Assembly: GCA_048128005.1 (NCBI GenBank)
Contig: JBEUKZ010000068.1
Coordinates: 310,001 to 374,000, forward strand
Direction of reading: 5' to 3'
Length of the DNA stretch: 64,000 bases
Origin: Veleropilina oligotropha
Lineage: Eukaryota
The notes beneath the pieces were generated by a model. The model saw nothing but the letters and a program-made list of their open reading frames with translations. It was not told where the DNA came from and did no database searches. Position numbers and translations under genes: made by a program. This document shows positions 1 through 10,673 of the stretch, in pieces. The stretch's first letter is position 1. Each line of letters starts with the position of its first letter.

Positions 1-2066
1 ACGATCAGGAGATGGGTGTCCCTCAAGGAAGCATTTTATCAGTCACCTTATTCAGTATTAAAATAAACAGTATCGTCAAATGTATTAGTACTGGCACTGA
101 CTGTACATTATTTGTTGACGATTTTGGCATTTGCTATCGTTCAACAAATATGAACAGTATAGAACGCCAGTTACAACATGGCCTAAATAAATTACGGATA
201 TGGTCCGATGAGAATGGATTCAAATTCTCAAAGGACAAAACTAAATGCATGCACTTCTGCCAGCGTCGTGAAATACATGACGACCCTGTGTTGAAGCTGG
301 ATGACTTTGAGATTCCAGTGGTAGATCAATTTAAATTTTTAGGCCTTGTATTTGACCGAAAACTGTCTTTCATACCGCATTTAAAATACATTAAAGCTAA
401 ATGTAAAAAAGCTTTGAATTTAATGAAAGTAGTTTCTAATACTGAATGGGGTGCTGATAAAACAGTTTTATTACGACTATACAGATCATTAATTAGATCA
501 AAACTTGATTATGGGAGCATAGTATATGGCTCTGCTCGCCATTCATATCTTAAAATGCTTGATCCAATCCATAATCAAGGGCTTCGACTTGCACTAGGGG
601 CTTTCCGCACGTCACCCATGGAAAGTCTCTATGTAGAAGCCAACGAGCCATCGCTTACACACAGACGTGAAAAACTATCACTACAATATGCAATCAAATT
701 AAAGTCAAACCCATCTAACCCAGCTTTCGAAACTGTCTATACACCAAATTACGAAACTCTATTTCAGGCAAAACCAAACAAAATTGCACCATTTGGCATC
801 CGCATAAAACCAGCACTACAAAACGCAGGCATACATTTAGGCCAAATTAAAACAAATCACATTCCGGATACTCCACCATGGACACTAAAAGTACCGGTAA
901 TAGACCTACAGCTTGCATCATTCAAAAAATCAAACACAGACACATCAGATTATCTCACAAAAGTGCACGATCTGAAATTAAAATATTCAGATCGTGCAAG
1001 CATATACACAGATGGTTCAAAAGATGCAGAATTAGTAGGAGCAGCCGCTGTGACTGGCAGACAATGTTTTCAAAACCGTCTGCCAGGCAGCGCGACTATA
1101 TATACTGCAGAACTAAAAGCAATCGAGCTTGCACTCCATTTTATATCAACAAGTAATAGCAAGCGTTTTATTATCTATTCAGACTCCCTCTCTAGCTTAC
1201 AAGCATTGAGGGAGATGAATAGAAATATCATTGTTCAGGAAATTTTATTAAAATATAACAACCTTTTACCTGACAATGACATTATTTTATGCTGGATACC
1301 GAGCCATATCGGTATCCAAGGCAATGAGAAGGCTGACCAAGCTGCCAAGGCAGCCTCACATTTTAACCATATCTTAAATTGTAAATTACCACACTCGGAT
1401 TTTAAACCAAGCATAAACAAGTATATATATTCTACTTGGCAGCACTCTTGGAGTGAATGCACAAGGAATAAACTGCAGAATGTCCAACCTCTTCTTGGCG
1501 ATTGGGGCCCCTCTTGCAGGCCATCTCGGCGAGAGGAGGTCGTCTTGGCCAGACTGAGAATTGGGCATTCTCACTACACTCACTCCTATTTGCTTAAAGG
1601 GGAGCCTCCACCTGAGTGTATTCCTTGTGCAACTGCCCTAACAATTAAACATATATTATTGGATTGTGTCGATTTGGATCTCGCACGCCAAATGTACTTT
1701 AGGGCAAGCTCACTCCAAGAGTTATTTAAATTCACTAAGCTCGAAAGAATATTCGAGTTTTTAAAACAAGTAAATATTTTCTACAAGTTATGATCTTATA
1801 ATTTTATTTCACAATTTTATATCTTGTTTTATTATTATACTTGTTTTTTTATCAACGTTTTTATTTTTATATTGTTGCTTTGTTTTTTACCTAAATTTGC
1901 AATGGCTTTATTTTATTTGGAAGTGTTTTATTTGCATGATTTATTTTTATTAGTATGTATCCCAATTTTTTAACATTTTATATTAAATTTGTAATAAGTA
2001 AAATTGACCGACCCGATTATGACCATATAGTGTCGGCGTGGTCGTTAAACACCAATTCAAATCAAA
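1..2066 (+). mobile_element. LINE family A copy A1 (3' part; 5' end outside the window)
   Basis: RT/RNase H coding sequence, T-rich 3'UTR, terminal stem-loop GACCGACCCGATTATGACCATATAGTGTCGGCGTGGTCGTTAAAC and caattcaaatcaaa tail. Confidence 0.95.
12..1793 (+). CDS. LINE ORF2, C-terminal part (RT from GVPQGS, RNase H, CCHC); open to the left window edge
   Basis: GVPQGS, FVDD, YTDGS, WIPSHIGIQGNEKAD and CIPC...HILLDC motifs. Confidence 0.93.
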   Translation: MGVPQGSILSVTLFSIKINSIVKCISTGTDCTLFVDDFGICYRSTNMNSIERQLQHGLNKLRIWSDENGFKFSKDKTKCMHFCQRREIHDDPVLKLDDFEIPVVDQFKFLGLVFDRKLSFIPHLKYIKAKCKKALNLMKVVSNTEWGADKTVLLRLYRSLIRSKLDYGSIVYGSARHSYLKMLDPIHNQGLRLALGAFRTSPMESLYVEANEPSLTHRREKLSLQYAIKLKSNPSNPAFETVYTPNYETLFQAKPNKIAPFGIRIKPALQNAGIHLGQIKTNHIPDTPPWTLKVPVIDLQLASFKKSNTDTSDYLTKVHDLKLKYSDRASIYTDGSKDAELVGAAAVTGRQCFQNRLPGSATIYTAELKAIELALHFISTSNSKRFIIYSDSLSSLQALREMNRNIIVQEILLKYNNLLPDNDIILCWIPSHIGIQGNEKADQAAKAASHFNHILNCKLPHSDFKPSINKYIYSTWQHSWSECTRNKLQNVQPLLGDWGPSCRPSRREEVVLARLRIGHSHYTHSYLLKGEPPPECIPCATALTIKHILLDCVDLDLARQMYFRASSLQELFKFTKLERIFEFLKQVNIFYKL

Positions 2067-2189
2067 CACGAGTATATCACCCGGGTATCCCTGGCATTGG
2101 GTGCTGGAACTCCGCACCCATAAAAATGCCCCCTTGTTGGGCTCCGGGGTGGGCGGGGACCTCGGGTGATGAAACTTAATACACAAAAT

Positions 2190-3677
2190 ATGGCAACTCC
2201 ACACCCTCATAAACGCCGAAACCATACACCAGCAAAGCGACGGAATATATCCGTCGACTCTGTTTCTGATGATGAAGATGCTAAATTTTTGGCCGCTTTC
2301 CGGTCTACACCTTTTAATCCTGAGCTAGATGCTCCTTATAGACCTGACCCTCCACCAGTCGTACCGGAAAGCTGGCCCCGTTTTTTAACGGTGGAATCGT
2401 GCAATTCCAACACACCAATCACTTCTCTGAGTCCGTTCGCCATATCCAAGGCCATTCTCGGCCTGGCTGGCGAACCACGATCCGTTAAAAAACTACGAGA
2501 TGGCACACTACTGGTTGAATGCGCCAGAAAGAGCCATGCGGAAAACCTTCTTAGAACTGATATATTTGTTAATATTCCTGTAGTAATCAGACCGCATCGG
2601 TCTTTGAACAGCTCCAAGGGAGTTATTAGATCCAGGGACCTGCAGGGATGCAGTGAACCCGAACTGCTGGAAGGCATGGCTAGTCAGGGTGTAATCAAGG
2701 TTACACGCCTGACAATGTTCAAGGATGGGAAGAAAGTCCCCATCAACACCATCATCTTGGACTTCCGCCTTCCAGTGCTTCCGAAATATGTTAAAGCTGG
2801 TTACATCAACATCCCTGTAGAACCATACATCCCAAATCCCTTGAGATGCTTCAAATGCCAGGCATTTGGGCATCACAAAGACCGATGCAGAAGAAATCCC
2901 GCATGTGCTCGTTGTAGCGAAGAGGGTCATGACTCTGACTCTTGCTCCCAACAGCCTCTGTGCACCAATTGCAAGGGTAAGCACTGCGCTTACTCTAAGG
3001 ACTGTCCGAAGTGGAAACACGAGAAAGAGATCCAGAGGGTCAAGACCATCGACCGGATCTCTTTCCCGGATGCCAGGAAACTGGTGGAATCCCGCACTAC
3101 TTCGGGCAGATCCTATGCTGCAATTGCTGCAGCACCGGAGCAAAAGCCGATCACTCGATCCTCTTCGACGCAAACTGACATGACCTGGCCATCTGGCAAA
3201 CCATTCTTCAGTACTGTACCATCTCGAGACAAGTTAGCATCATCATCATCAGAATCAACACAAACATCAAAAGAAATCAAACCTACTACTCACAACTCTA
3301 AAAAAGAGGCTGCTGCTGTTCGCAAGGCAGCAGCCATTAAAAAGCAAACAATCAAGACAGACCGACAGCCCAAAGGGTCCGAGGACCCTATTAAGCTGCA
3401 TAATCGCTTTGGTCACCTGATGGATACTAACGAACCATCAGATGACCAAATTGATAATACCGACACGATTATCGAGGACCTCGCGTCCGAAATTGTTGCT
3501 GCTGCCATGAAGGGTGGGAAGGCGGCAGCAAACATATTACACCGGCAGACGGAGGAGAGCCCCGAAACACCTGGGCCGCTTCCTCCTGCCAACGATCCAA
3601 TGGAAAGCGATCAGCCATTGGATCGCCCGCACAAGCCAAAACCTCCAATCAAGCCCGTACTTCCACCGAATAAATAG
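2190..3677 (+). CDS. LINE ORF1, gag-like nucleic-acid-binding protein with zinc knuckles
   Basis: PNPLRCFKCQAFGHHKDRC, CARCSEEGH and CTNCKGKH knuckles; this ATG chosen because its position is conserved across A copies. Confidence 0.9.
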   Translation: MATPHPHKRRNHTPAKRRNISVDSVSDDEDAKFLAAFRSTPFNPELDAPYRPDPPPVVPESWPRFLTVESCNSNTPITSLSPFAISKAILGLAGEPRSVKKLRDGTLLVECARKSHAENLLRTDIFVNIPVVIRPHRSLNSSKGVIRSRDLQGCSEPELLEGMASQGVIKVTRLTMFKDGKKVPINTIILDFRLPVLPKYVKAGYINIPVEPYIPNPLRCFKCQAFGHHKDRCRRNPACARCSEEGHDSDSCSQQPLCTNCKGKHCAYSKDCPKWKHEKEIQRVKTIDRISFPDARKLVESRTTSGRSYAAIAAAPEQKPITRSSSTQTDMTWPSGKPFFSTVPSRDKLASSSSESTQTSKEIKPTTHNSKKEAAAVRKAAAIKKQTIKTDRQPKGSEDPIKLHNRFGHLMDTNEPSDDQIDNTDTIIEDLASEIVAAAMKGGKAAANILHRQTEESPETPGPLPPANDPMESDQPLDRPHKPKPPIKPVLPPNK

Positions 3678-3735
3678 GCAAATGTTAACATAACATTACA
3701 AACAAATATCTTAATACACACACCATTAAACCAAC

Positions 3736-6700
3736 ATGTCAGGCACAATAATACAATGGAATTGTAGAGGCATTAAACCTAATATCGATGAGATCAGTCT
3801 ATTAATTCAAGAACACAAACCAACAGCATTATGTCTTAATGAAACCTTCATGAAACTCACAGACAACATACATATCAAAGACCACTCACTATACAATCAC
3901 ATTGTCACCACAGGTGACAAAGCAACAGGGGGGGTTTCAATCATTGTCAACAACAGAACACCACACAGTCAGGTCAACCTAAACACAAACTTACAGGCAG
4001 TAGCAGTGAAAATATCGACCCACCGAGTAATAACTATCTGCTCGGTATACTTACCACCTAGTACAAACTTACGACCTACTGACCTTGACAATCTCATCAA
4101 TCAGCTACCGACCCCATTTATATTGTGTGGCGATTTTAACGCCCACAGTACGGATTGGGGCGGTACTGATACAGATAAACGGGGACATCAAATAGAGGAC
4201 TTTATTGGGAAACACAATCTGTGTTTATTTAATACTACCAAATCGCCAACATACATGCATCCACCTACAGGCTCACTTACCACCATTGACCTTACCATGT
4301 GCGACCCATCTGCTTTCCTGGACTTTACTTGGAAAGTTGGTGAGGACCTCCGCGGAAGCGACCACTTTCCAATTTTCCTGGAAAGCACAATTAATCAAGC
4401 ACAAACATACACTGAAAGGTGGAAACTTTACAAAGCTGATTGGCCAAGATTCCAATCCCTTTGCAAAGACCAATTACACTCAAACAACTTCGCTAATGGC
4501 GATGACCCAATATCAAGTTTCTCTACGACATTACATGACATTGCAACACTCTCAATTCCAAAGACCTGTCCAAATGCAAAACACAAAAGTAAACCTTGGT
4601 TTAATGAAGACTGCAGGCAAGCAATAAAAACACGCATACATGCAATTTCAACATTTAAACACAACCCAACATTACAAAACCTTAATAGCTATAGGCTACT
4701 AAGGGCAAAAGCCAGACGTACCATCAAGCAAAGCAAAAGGGAATCCTGGCATTCCTATGTTACCAAACTAAACTCTCGTTCCACTATTAAAAAGACATGG
4801 GATATGATCCGTAAAATCAGCGGCAAACATATACCCAACTGCATCAAGCACATTAAAACAAACACCTCAGAAGCAACCTCAGCTAAAGACATTGCAAATA
4901 CTTTGGCAGATACATTTTCTGCCAATTCATCATCCGATAACTGTACACCAAAATTTACCCGTTTCAAACATCAAAAGGAAAAAACAAGGCTAAACTTTAG
5001 ATCTAACAATTCTGAATCATACAATCAACCATTTACACGCAAAGAACTCACAGATTCACTAAACAAGGCACATGACACATCAGCTGGTCCTGATGATATA
5101 CACTATCAGTTACTAAAGCACTTACCTGAAACATCACTTGCAACTCTCCTTGCATTATTCAATACCATTTGGGAAACTGGAATCTTCCCATCCGCATGGA
5201 GGGAAGCTACCGTTATTCCAGTTCCCAAGGCAGGGAAAGATCCATCGCATGCAAACAGTTATCGACCTATAGCTCTGACGAGTTGTATTTGTAAAACCAT
5301 GGAACGGATGATAAACGAGAGATTAGTTTGGTATCTTGAATCCAATAATTTATTAACAGAATATCAAAGTGGATTCCGTAGGAACCGGAGCACAATTGAT
5401 CATTTGGTACGTCTGGAAACTTTTGTTCGTGAGGCCTTCTTAAACAGACAACACTTAGTTGCTGTTTTTTTCGATCTAGAGAAGGCCTACGATACTACAT
5501 GGAAGTACGGGATTATGAAAGATTTGTTTGATTTTGGCTTAAAGGGCAACTTGCCCACTTTTATCTCAAAATTCCTTGAGGACCGAATTTTTCAAGTCAA
5601 GGTGGGTGACACCCTCTCCGACCTTCACGACCAGGAGATGGGTGTCCCTCAAGGAAGTATTTTATCAGTCACCCTATTCAGTATTAAAATAAACAGTATT
5701 GTCAAATGTATTAGTACTGGCACTGACTGTTCATTGTTTGTTGACGATTTTGGCATTTGCTATCGTTCAACAAATATGAACAGTATAGAACGCCAGTTAC
5801 AACATGGCCTAAATAAATTACAGATATGGTCCGATGAGAATGGATTTAAATTCTCAAAGGACAAAACTAAATGCATGCACTTTTGCCAGCGTCGTGAAAT
5901 ACACGACGACCCTGTGCTGAAACTGGATGACTTTGAGATTCCAGTGGTGGACCAATTTAAATTTTTAGGCCTTATATTTGACCGCAAACTGACTTTCATA
6001 CCTCATATCAAATATATTAAAGCTAAATGTCAGAAAGCTTTAAATTTAATGAAAGTAGTTTCTAATACTGAATGGGGTGCTGATAAAAAAGTTTTACTCC
6101 GATTATATAGATCCTTAATTAGATCAAAACTTGATTACGGGAGCATTGTATATGGCTCTGCTCGCCATTCTTACCTTAAAATGCTTGATCCAATCCATAA
6201 TCAAGGGCTTCGATTGGCACTAGGGGCTTTCCGTACATCACCCATGGAAAGCCTTTATGTCGAAGCAAACGAACCATCACTTACACATAGACGCGAAAAA
6301 CTTTCACTGCAGTATGCAATTAAGTTAAAATCAAATCCATCTAATCCAGCTTTCGAAACTGTATTTACACCTAACTACGAAATTCTGTTTCAGGCAAAAC
6401 CAAACAAAATTGCACCATTAGGCATTCGCATAAAACCAGCACTAGAAAAGTCAAACATAAATATAGATCAAATTAAAACAAATTACATTCCGGATACTCC
6501 ACCATGGACATTAAAAGTACCGGAAATTGACCTAGATCTTACATCACTCAAAAAATCAAATACAGACACAACAGATTATCTCACAAAAGTGCACGATCTG
6601 AAATTAAAATATTCAGATCGTGCAAGTATATATACAGATGGTTCAAAAGATGCAGAATTAGTAGGAGCAGCCGCTGTCACTGGCAGACAATGTTTTCAAA

Positions 6701-7419
6701 ACCGTCTGCCAGGCAGCGCGACTATATATACTGCAGAACTAAAAGCAATCGAGCTTGCTCTTAATTTTATCTCTACAAGTACTAAACGGCGTTTTATTAT
6801 CTATTCAGACTCCCTCTCTAGCTTACAAGCATTGAGGGAGATGAATAGAAACCCTCTTATTTATGATATTTTAATACAGTATAACAATCTTTTACCCTAT
6901 AATGACATTATTTTATGCTGGATACCAAGTCACATTGGTATCCAAGGCAATGAGAAGGCTGACCAAGCTGCCAAGGCAGCCTCACATCTTAACCATACAC
7001 TAAATTGTAAATTACCCCACTCTGATTTTAAACAAAACATAAACAAATATATAAATACTACTTGGCAGCACTCTTGGAGTGAATGCACAAGGAATAAATT
7101 GCATGCAATCAAGCCTCTTCTTGGCGAATGGGTTCCATCTTACAGGATCATTCGCCGCGAAGAGGTTGTCTTAGCTAGACTGAGAATTGGGCATTCCCAC
7201 TACACTCACTGCTACCTGCTTAAGGGTGAGCTTCCACCTGAATGTATTCCTTGTGCATGTGCCCTAACAATTAAACATATATTATTGGATTGTGTCGATT
7301 TGGATCTCGCACGCCAAAAGTACTTCCGGGCAAACTCGCTCCAAGAGTTATTTAGTCTCACTAAGCTCGAAGCTTTATTCGAGTTTTTAAAACAAGTAAA
7401 TATTTTCTACAAGTTATAA
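3736..7419 (+). CDS. LINE ORF2, 1227 aa: AP-endonuclease, RT, RNase H, CCHC (I-group, Nimb/I-like)
   Basis: QWNCRG, GDFNAH, SDH (APE); FFDLEKAYD, GVPQGS, FVDD (RT); YTDGS, AELKAI, SDSLS, GNEKAD (RNase H). Confidence 0.96.
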   Translation: MSGTIIQWNCRGIKPNIDEISLLIQEHKPTALCLNETFMKLTDNIHIKDHSLYNHIVTTGDKATGGVSIIVNNRTPHSQVNLNTNLQAVAVKISTHRVITICSVYLPPSTNLRPTDLDNLINQLPTPFILCGDFNAHSTDWGGTDTDKRGHQIEDFIGKHNLCLFNTTKSPTYMHPPTGSLTTIDLTMCDPSAFLDFTWKVGEDLRGSDHFPIFLESTINQAQTYTERWKLYKADWPRFQSLCKDQLHSNNFANGDDPISSFSTTLHDIATLSIPKTCPNAKHKSKPWFNEDCRQAIKTRIHAISTFKHNPTLQNLNSYRLLRAKARRTIKQSKRESWHSYVTKLNSRSTIKKTWDMIRKISGKHIPNCIKHIKTNTSEATSAKDIANTLADTFSANSSSDNCTPKFTRFKHQKEKTRLNFRSNNSESYNQPFTRKELTDSLNKAHDTSAGPDDIHYQLLKHLPETSLATLLALFNTIWETGIFPSAWREATVIPVPKAGKDPSHANSYRPIALTSCICKTMERMINERLVWYLESNNLLTEYQSGFRRNRSTIDHLVRLETFVREAFLNRQHLVAVFFDLEKAYDTTWKYGIMKDLFDFGLKGNLPTFISKFLEDRIFQVKVGDTLSDLHDQEMGVPQGSILSVTLFSIKINSIVKCISTGTDCSLFVDDFGICYRSTNMNSIERQLQHGLNKLQIWSDENGFKFSKDKTKCMHFCQRREIHDDPVLKLDDFEIPVVDQFKFLGLIFDRKLTFIPHIKYIKAKCQKALNLMKVVSNTEWGADKKVLLRLYRSLIRSKLDYGSIVYGSARHSYLKMLDPIHNQGLRLALGAFRTSPMESLYVEANEPSLTHRREKLSLQYAIKLKSNPSNPAFETVFTPNYEILFQAKPNKIAPLGIRIKPALEKSNINIDQIKTNYIPDTPPWTLKVPEIDLDLTSLKKSNTDTTDYLTKVHDLKLKYSDRASIYTDGSKDAELVGAAAVTGRQCFQNRLPGSATIYTAELKAIELALNFISTSTKRRFIIYSDSLSSLQALREMNRNPLIYDILIQYNNLLPYNDIILCWIPSHIGIQGNEKADQAAKAASHLNHTLNCKLPHSDFKQNINKYINTTWQHSWSECTRNKLHAIKPLLGEWVPSYRIIRREEVVLARLRIGHSHYTHCYLLKGELPPECIPCACALTIKHILLDCVDLDLARQKYFRANSLQELFSLTKLEALFEFLKQVNIFYKL

Positions 7420-8726
7420 TTTATATTTTATTTTTAATAGTATTTATTTCACAAATTTCAGATTTTGTGTTTTATTATTATACTTGTTTTTATCAACCAT
7501 TTTATCATCACTAGCATTTTATTTTATTGCTTTGTTTTTATCTAAATTTACATTGTTTTTACTTGCCTTTTTATCGATATTTATATATTTTAACCTGTAA
7601 ATATACCAATCACGATCATTTCTATTTTATTGACCCGATTATGACTGAAATAATGTCGGCGTGGTCGTTAAACATCAAATCAAATCAGACAAATTACACC
7701 GGCAGACGGAGGAGAGCCCCGAAACACCTGGGCCGCTTCCTCCTGCCAACGATCCAATGGAAAGCGATCAGCCATTGGATCGCCCGCACAAGCCAAAACC
7801 TCCCATCAAGCCCGTACTTCCACCGAATAAATAGGCAAATTTTAACATAACACTACAAACAAATAACTTAATACACACACCATTAAATCAACATGTCAGG
7901 CACAATAATACAATGGAATTGTAGAGGCATTAAACCTAATATTGATGAGATCAGTCTATTAATTCAAGAACACAAACCAACAGCATTATGTCTTAATGAA
8001 ACCTTCATGAAACTCAAAGACAACATACATATCAAAGACCACTCACTATACAATCACATTGTCACCACAGGTGACAAAGCAACAGGGGGGTTTCAATCAT
8101 TGTCAACAACAGAACACCACACAGTCAGGTCAACTTAAACACAAACTTACAGGCAGTAGCAGTGAAAATATCGACTCACCGAGTAATAACTATCTGCTCG
8201 GTTTACTTACCACCTAGTACAAACTTACGACCTACTGACCTTGACAATCTCATCAATCAGCTACCGACCCCATTTATATTGTGTGGCGATTTTAACGCCC
8301 ACAGTACGGATTGGGGCGGTACTGATACAGATAAACGGGGACATCAAATAGAGGACTTTATTGGGAAACACAAACTGTGTTTATTTAATACTACCAAATC
8401 GCCAACATACATGCATCCACCTACAGGCTCACTTACCACCATTGACCTTACCATGTGCGACCCATCTGCTCTCCTGGACTTTACTTGGAAAGTTGGTGAG
8501 GACCTCCGCGGAAGCGACCACTTTCCAATTTTCCTGGAAAGCACAATTAACCAAGCACAAACATACACTGAAAGGTGGAAACTTTACAAAGCTGATTGGC
8601 CAAGATTCCAATCCCTTTGCGAAGACCAATTACACTCAAACAACTTCACTAATGGCGATGACCCAATATCAAGTTTCTCTACGATATTACATGACATTGC
8701 AACACTCTCAATTCCAAAGACCTGTT

Positions 8727-8802
8727 GGGGCTCGATGTTGTGCGCCTCCTCGTGGTGGGCCCTGGATAGGGGAACGAAAGTTCCCTGAGCGAAACGCACA
8801 AC
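8727..8802 (+). ncRNA. HDV-like self-cleaving ribozyme at the 5' end of B1
   Basis: P1 GGGGCUC/GGGCCCU with G1-U wobble; P2 GUUGUGC/GCACAAC; P3 GCC/GGU; L3 UCCUCGU; P1.1 CC/GG; P4 GGGAAC-GAAA-GUUCCC; catalytic-position C8790 followed by GAAA. Confidence 0.9.
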
Positions 8803-9323
8803 CAGGTCGTTTGCCGTGACCTGCGACCTACTGTCGAGGGAGAGTGGGATCCTGGTGGTTGAGGGTCAAAGATGCTGGTACTACCCGTCTTTGACCCAAC
8901 ACACCACTTTGGCCCATGATTCCTCTAGAGTGGTAGATGGATGGGCCCGGTCCATTCAATCGGCTGGTAACGCCATGCCCTAGATTGCAGGCAACATAGT
9001 TATATGCCACTGTTTTAACATCTATCATTTTGGCAAGTAACTCAAATTTATTATCATCATAAACTATCATTCATAATTGTATATATATACTGTAAATAGT
9101 TTGGCCTGTAGTATAGAAGGCGGTTGCTCATGGGTCAATCTGGTATTATTGACCGCTTAGATCTTTGGGCTTTATCTAAAGCTTCTAATGTTGATAATAA
9201 TGGAGTATAATGCATCTGTATCCCCGGTGTCTGCCTGCCGGTTACCAGCAGGCTTACGGACATCGCCCTTGTTGGCACTCCATGGTGGGTGGGGACCAGA
9301 TGCATCGAATTATATCAAATAAC

Positions 9324-10673
9324 ATGGCTAAAAACAAACCAACCACCACTAAAAGACTGAGAGAAGATTCGCCATCCTCGTCCGACGAGGATGCCATTAA
9401 CAATACATATAATTCGACTAACTGGCCACGATTTTTACTTCTGTCAGGCATTGAAGGAAACGACACGAAACATCCCCTAACGAAAAATCCATTTGTCATT
9501 GCCAAGACTATTGAAAGCATTGCAGGTACTGTTAAAAGTGTGAAAAGATTGAGAGACGGAAACCTTCTTATTGAATGTAATAGAAGGCAACAGTCTCTCA
9601 ATCTTTTAAAGATCGAGACTTTTGCAAATGCTGCTGTTCTTGTACAACCACATACGTACCTGAATACTTCAAAAGGTATCGTTAGGGATCGTGATCGATG
9701 CCTTCAATACCTGACAGAACATGAAATTGAAGCTGAGTTGGAGCAACAGGGTGTTATCAATGTCAAACGATTTTCTATTACAAAAGACGGTTCCAAAATT
9801 CCAACAAACACATACCTTATGACCTTCGAAACTGCTATTCGCCCTAATCACATCACCGCTGGTTACAATCGCATCGAAGTGGATGTATATTACCCCAATC
9901 CACTTCGATGCTTTAGATGCCAAAAGTATGGCCATGGTGCAAACAAATGTACAAATATGGAGAGGTGTTTCCGCTGTGGAAGCGATGAACACACGACTGG
10001 CAATATTTACAAGTGCGAAGCCCAGCCAAAATGTGTAAACTGCGATGGAGACCACACTTCTGCCTCCAAGCAGTGTCCAAAGTGGATTTGGGAATCAAAA
10101 ATCACTCACTTGAAAACAGACCGAAATATTTCATATCCTGAGGCTAAGAAACTCCTAGCATCTGAGTCGGCCCAATCGTTTTCAAATGTTGTTCGTTCAT
10201 TGGTCCAAAAGCAGTCAATTACCACCACTTCTGCTGCTTGTCAGACAGATCTGACATGGATCTCCAATGAACGACCAACACTATTACAAAATCCAAATCC
10301 ACCCTCCACAGCGAAAACATCTCCAGCATCATCACAAACTAACAGCAACCAATCTGATATTCCAACTCAAAGTCCTTCAAAATCATCTACTAATCATTCT
10401 CAATCTTATTCCAGATCACGATCTACTACACCATCACAATCTTCATCTCAGTCTAGAAATGATTCGCACCAAACACGATCAATGAGAAAGTCTCCCACTT
10501 CAGGGAAAAATCCCCAATCGGGGCGCAATAAAAAGGGCCAGGACGACCCTATTAAACTGCAAAATAGGTTTAATGACTTGGAAACCGAGTCCATGGAGTT
10601 CATGGAGGATCCGCGTCGAAATCGATCCAGGGGACGCAGGTCTCCAATCAAACACCCGAGCTCCAGATCATGA
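9324..10673 (+). CDS. LINE family B ORF1 (gag-like, zinc knuckles)
   Basis: PNPLRCFRCQKYGH, CFRCGSDEH and CVNCDGDH; start MAKNKP matches B3 MAKPTT. Confidence 0.9.
   Translation: MAKNKPTTTKRLREDSPSSSDEDAINNTYNSTNWPRFLLLSGIEGNDTKHPLTKNPFVIAKTIESIAGTVKSVKRLRDGNLLIECNRRQQSLNLLKIETFANAAVLVQPHTYLNTSKGIVRDRDRCLQYLTEHEIEAELEQQGVINVKRFSITKDGSKIPTNTYLMTFETAIRPNHITAGYNRIEVDVYYPNPLRCFRCQKYGHGANKCTNMERCFRCGSDEHTTGNIYKCEAQPKCVNCDGDHTSASKQCPKWIWESKITHLKTDRNISYPEAKKLLASESAQSFSNVVRSLVQKQSITTTSAACQTDLTWISNERPTLLQNPNPPSTAKTSPASSQTNSNQSDIPTQSPSKSSTNHSQSYSRSRSTTPSQSSSQSRNDSHQTRSMRKSPTSGKNPQSGRNKKGQDDPIKLQNRFNDLETESMEFMEDPRRNRSRGRRSPIKHPSSRS

Larger units (their letters stand above)
2070..7687 (+). mobile_element. 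LINE family A copy A2; both ORFs intact, 5'UTR truncated
   Basis: Begins at gagtatatcacccggg, about 415 nt into the 5'UTR of full-length A4; ends in the terminal stem-loop plus (caaat)n. Confidence 0.95.

Noticed and set aside
2336..3183. Recurrent antisense and alternate-frame ORFs inside LINE copies
   Set aside because: They recur only because the copies are similar; starts and lengths vary and no motifs are recognisable
8727..8802. Hammerhead ribozyme reading of the B 5' end (GAAA next to a stem)
   Set aside because: No CUGANGA core or NUH site; the sequence fits the HDV-like fold completely
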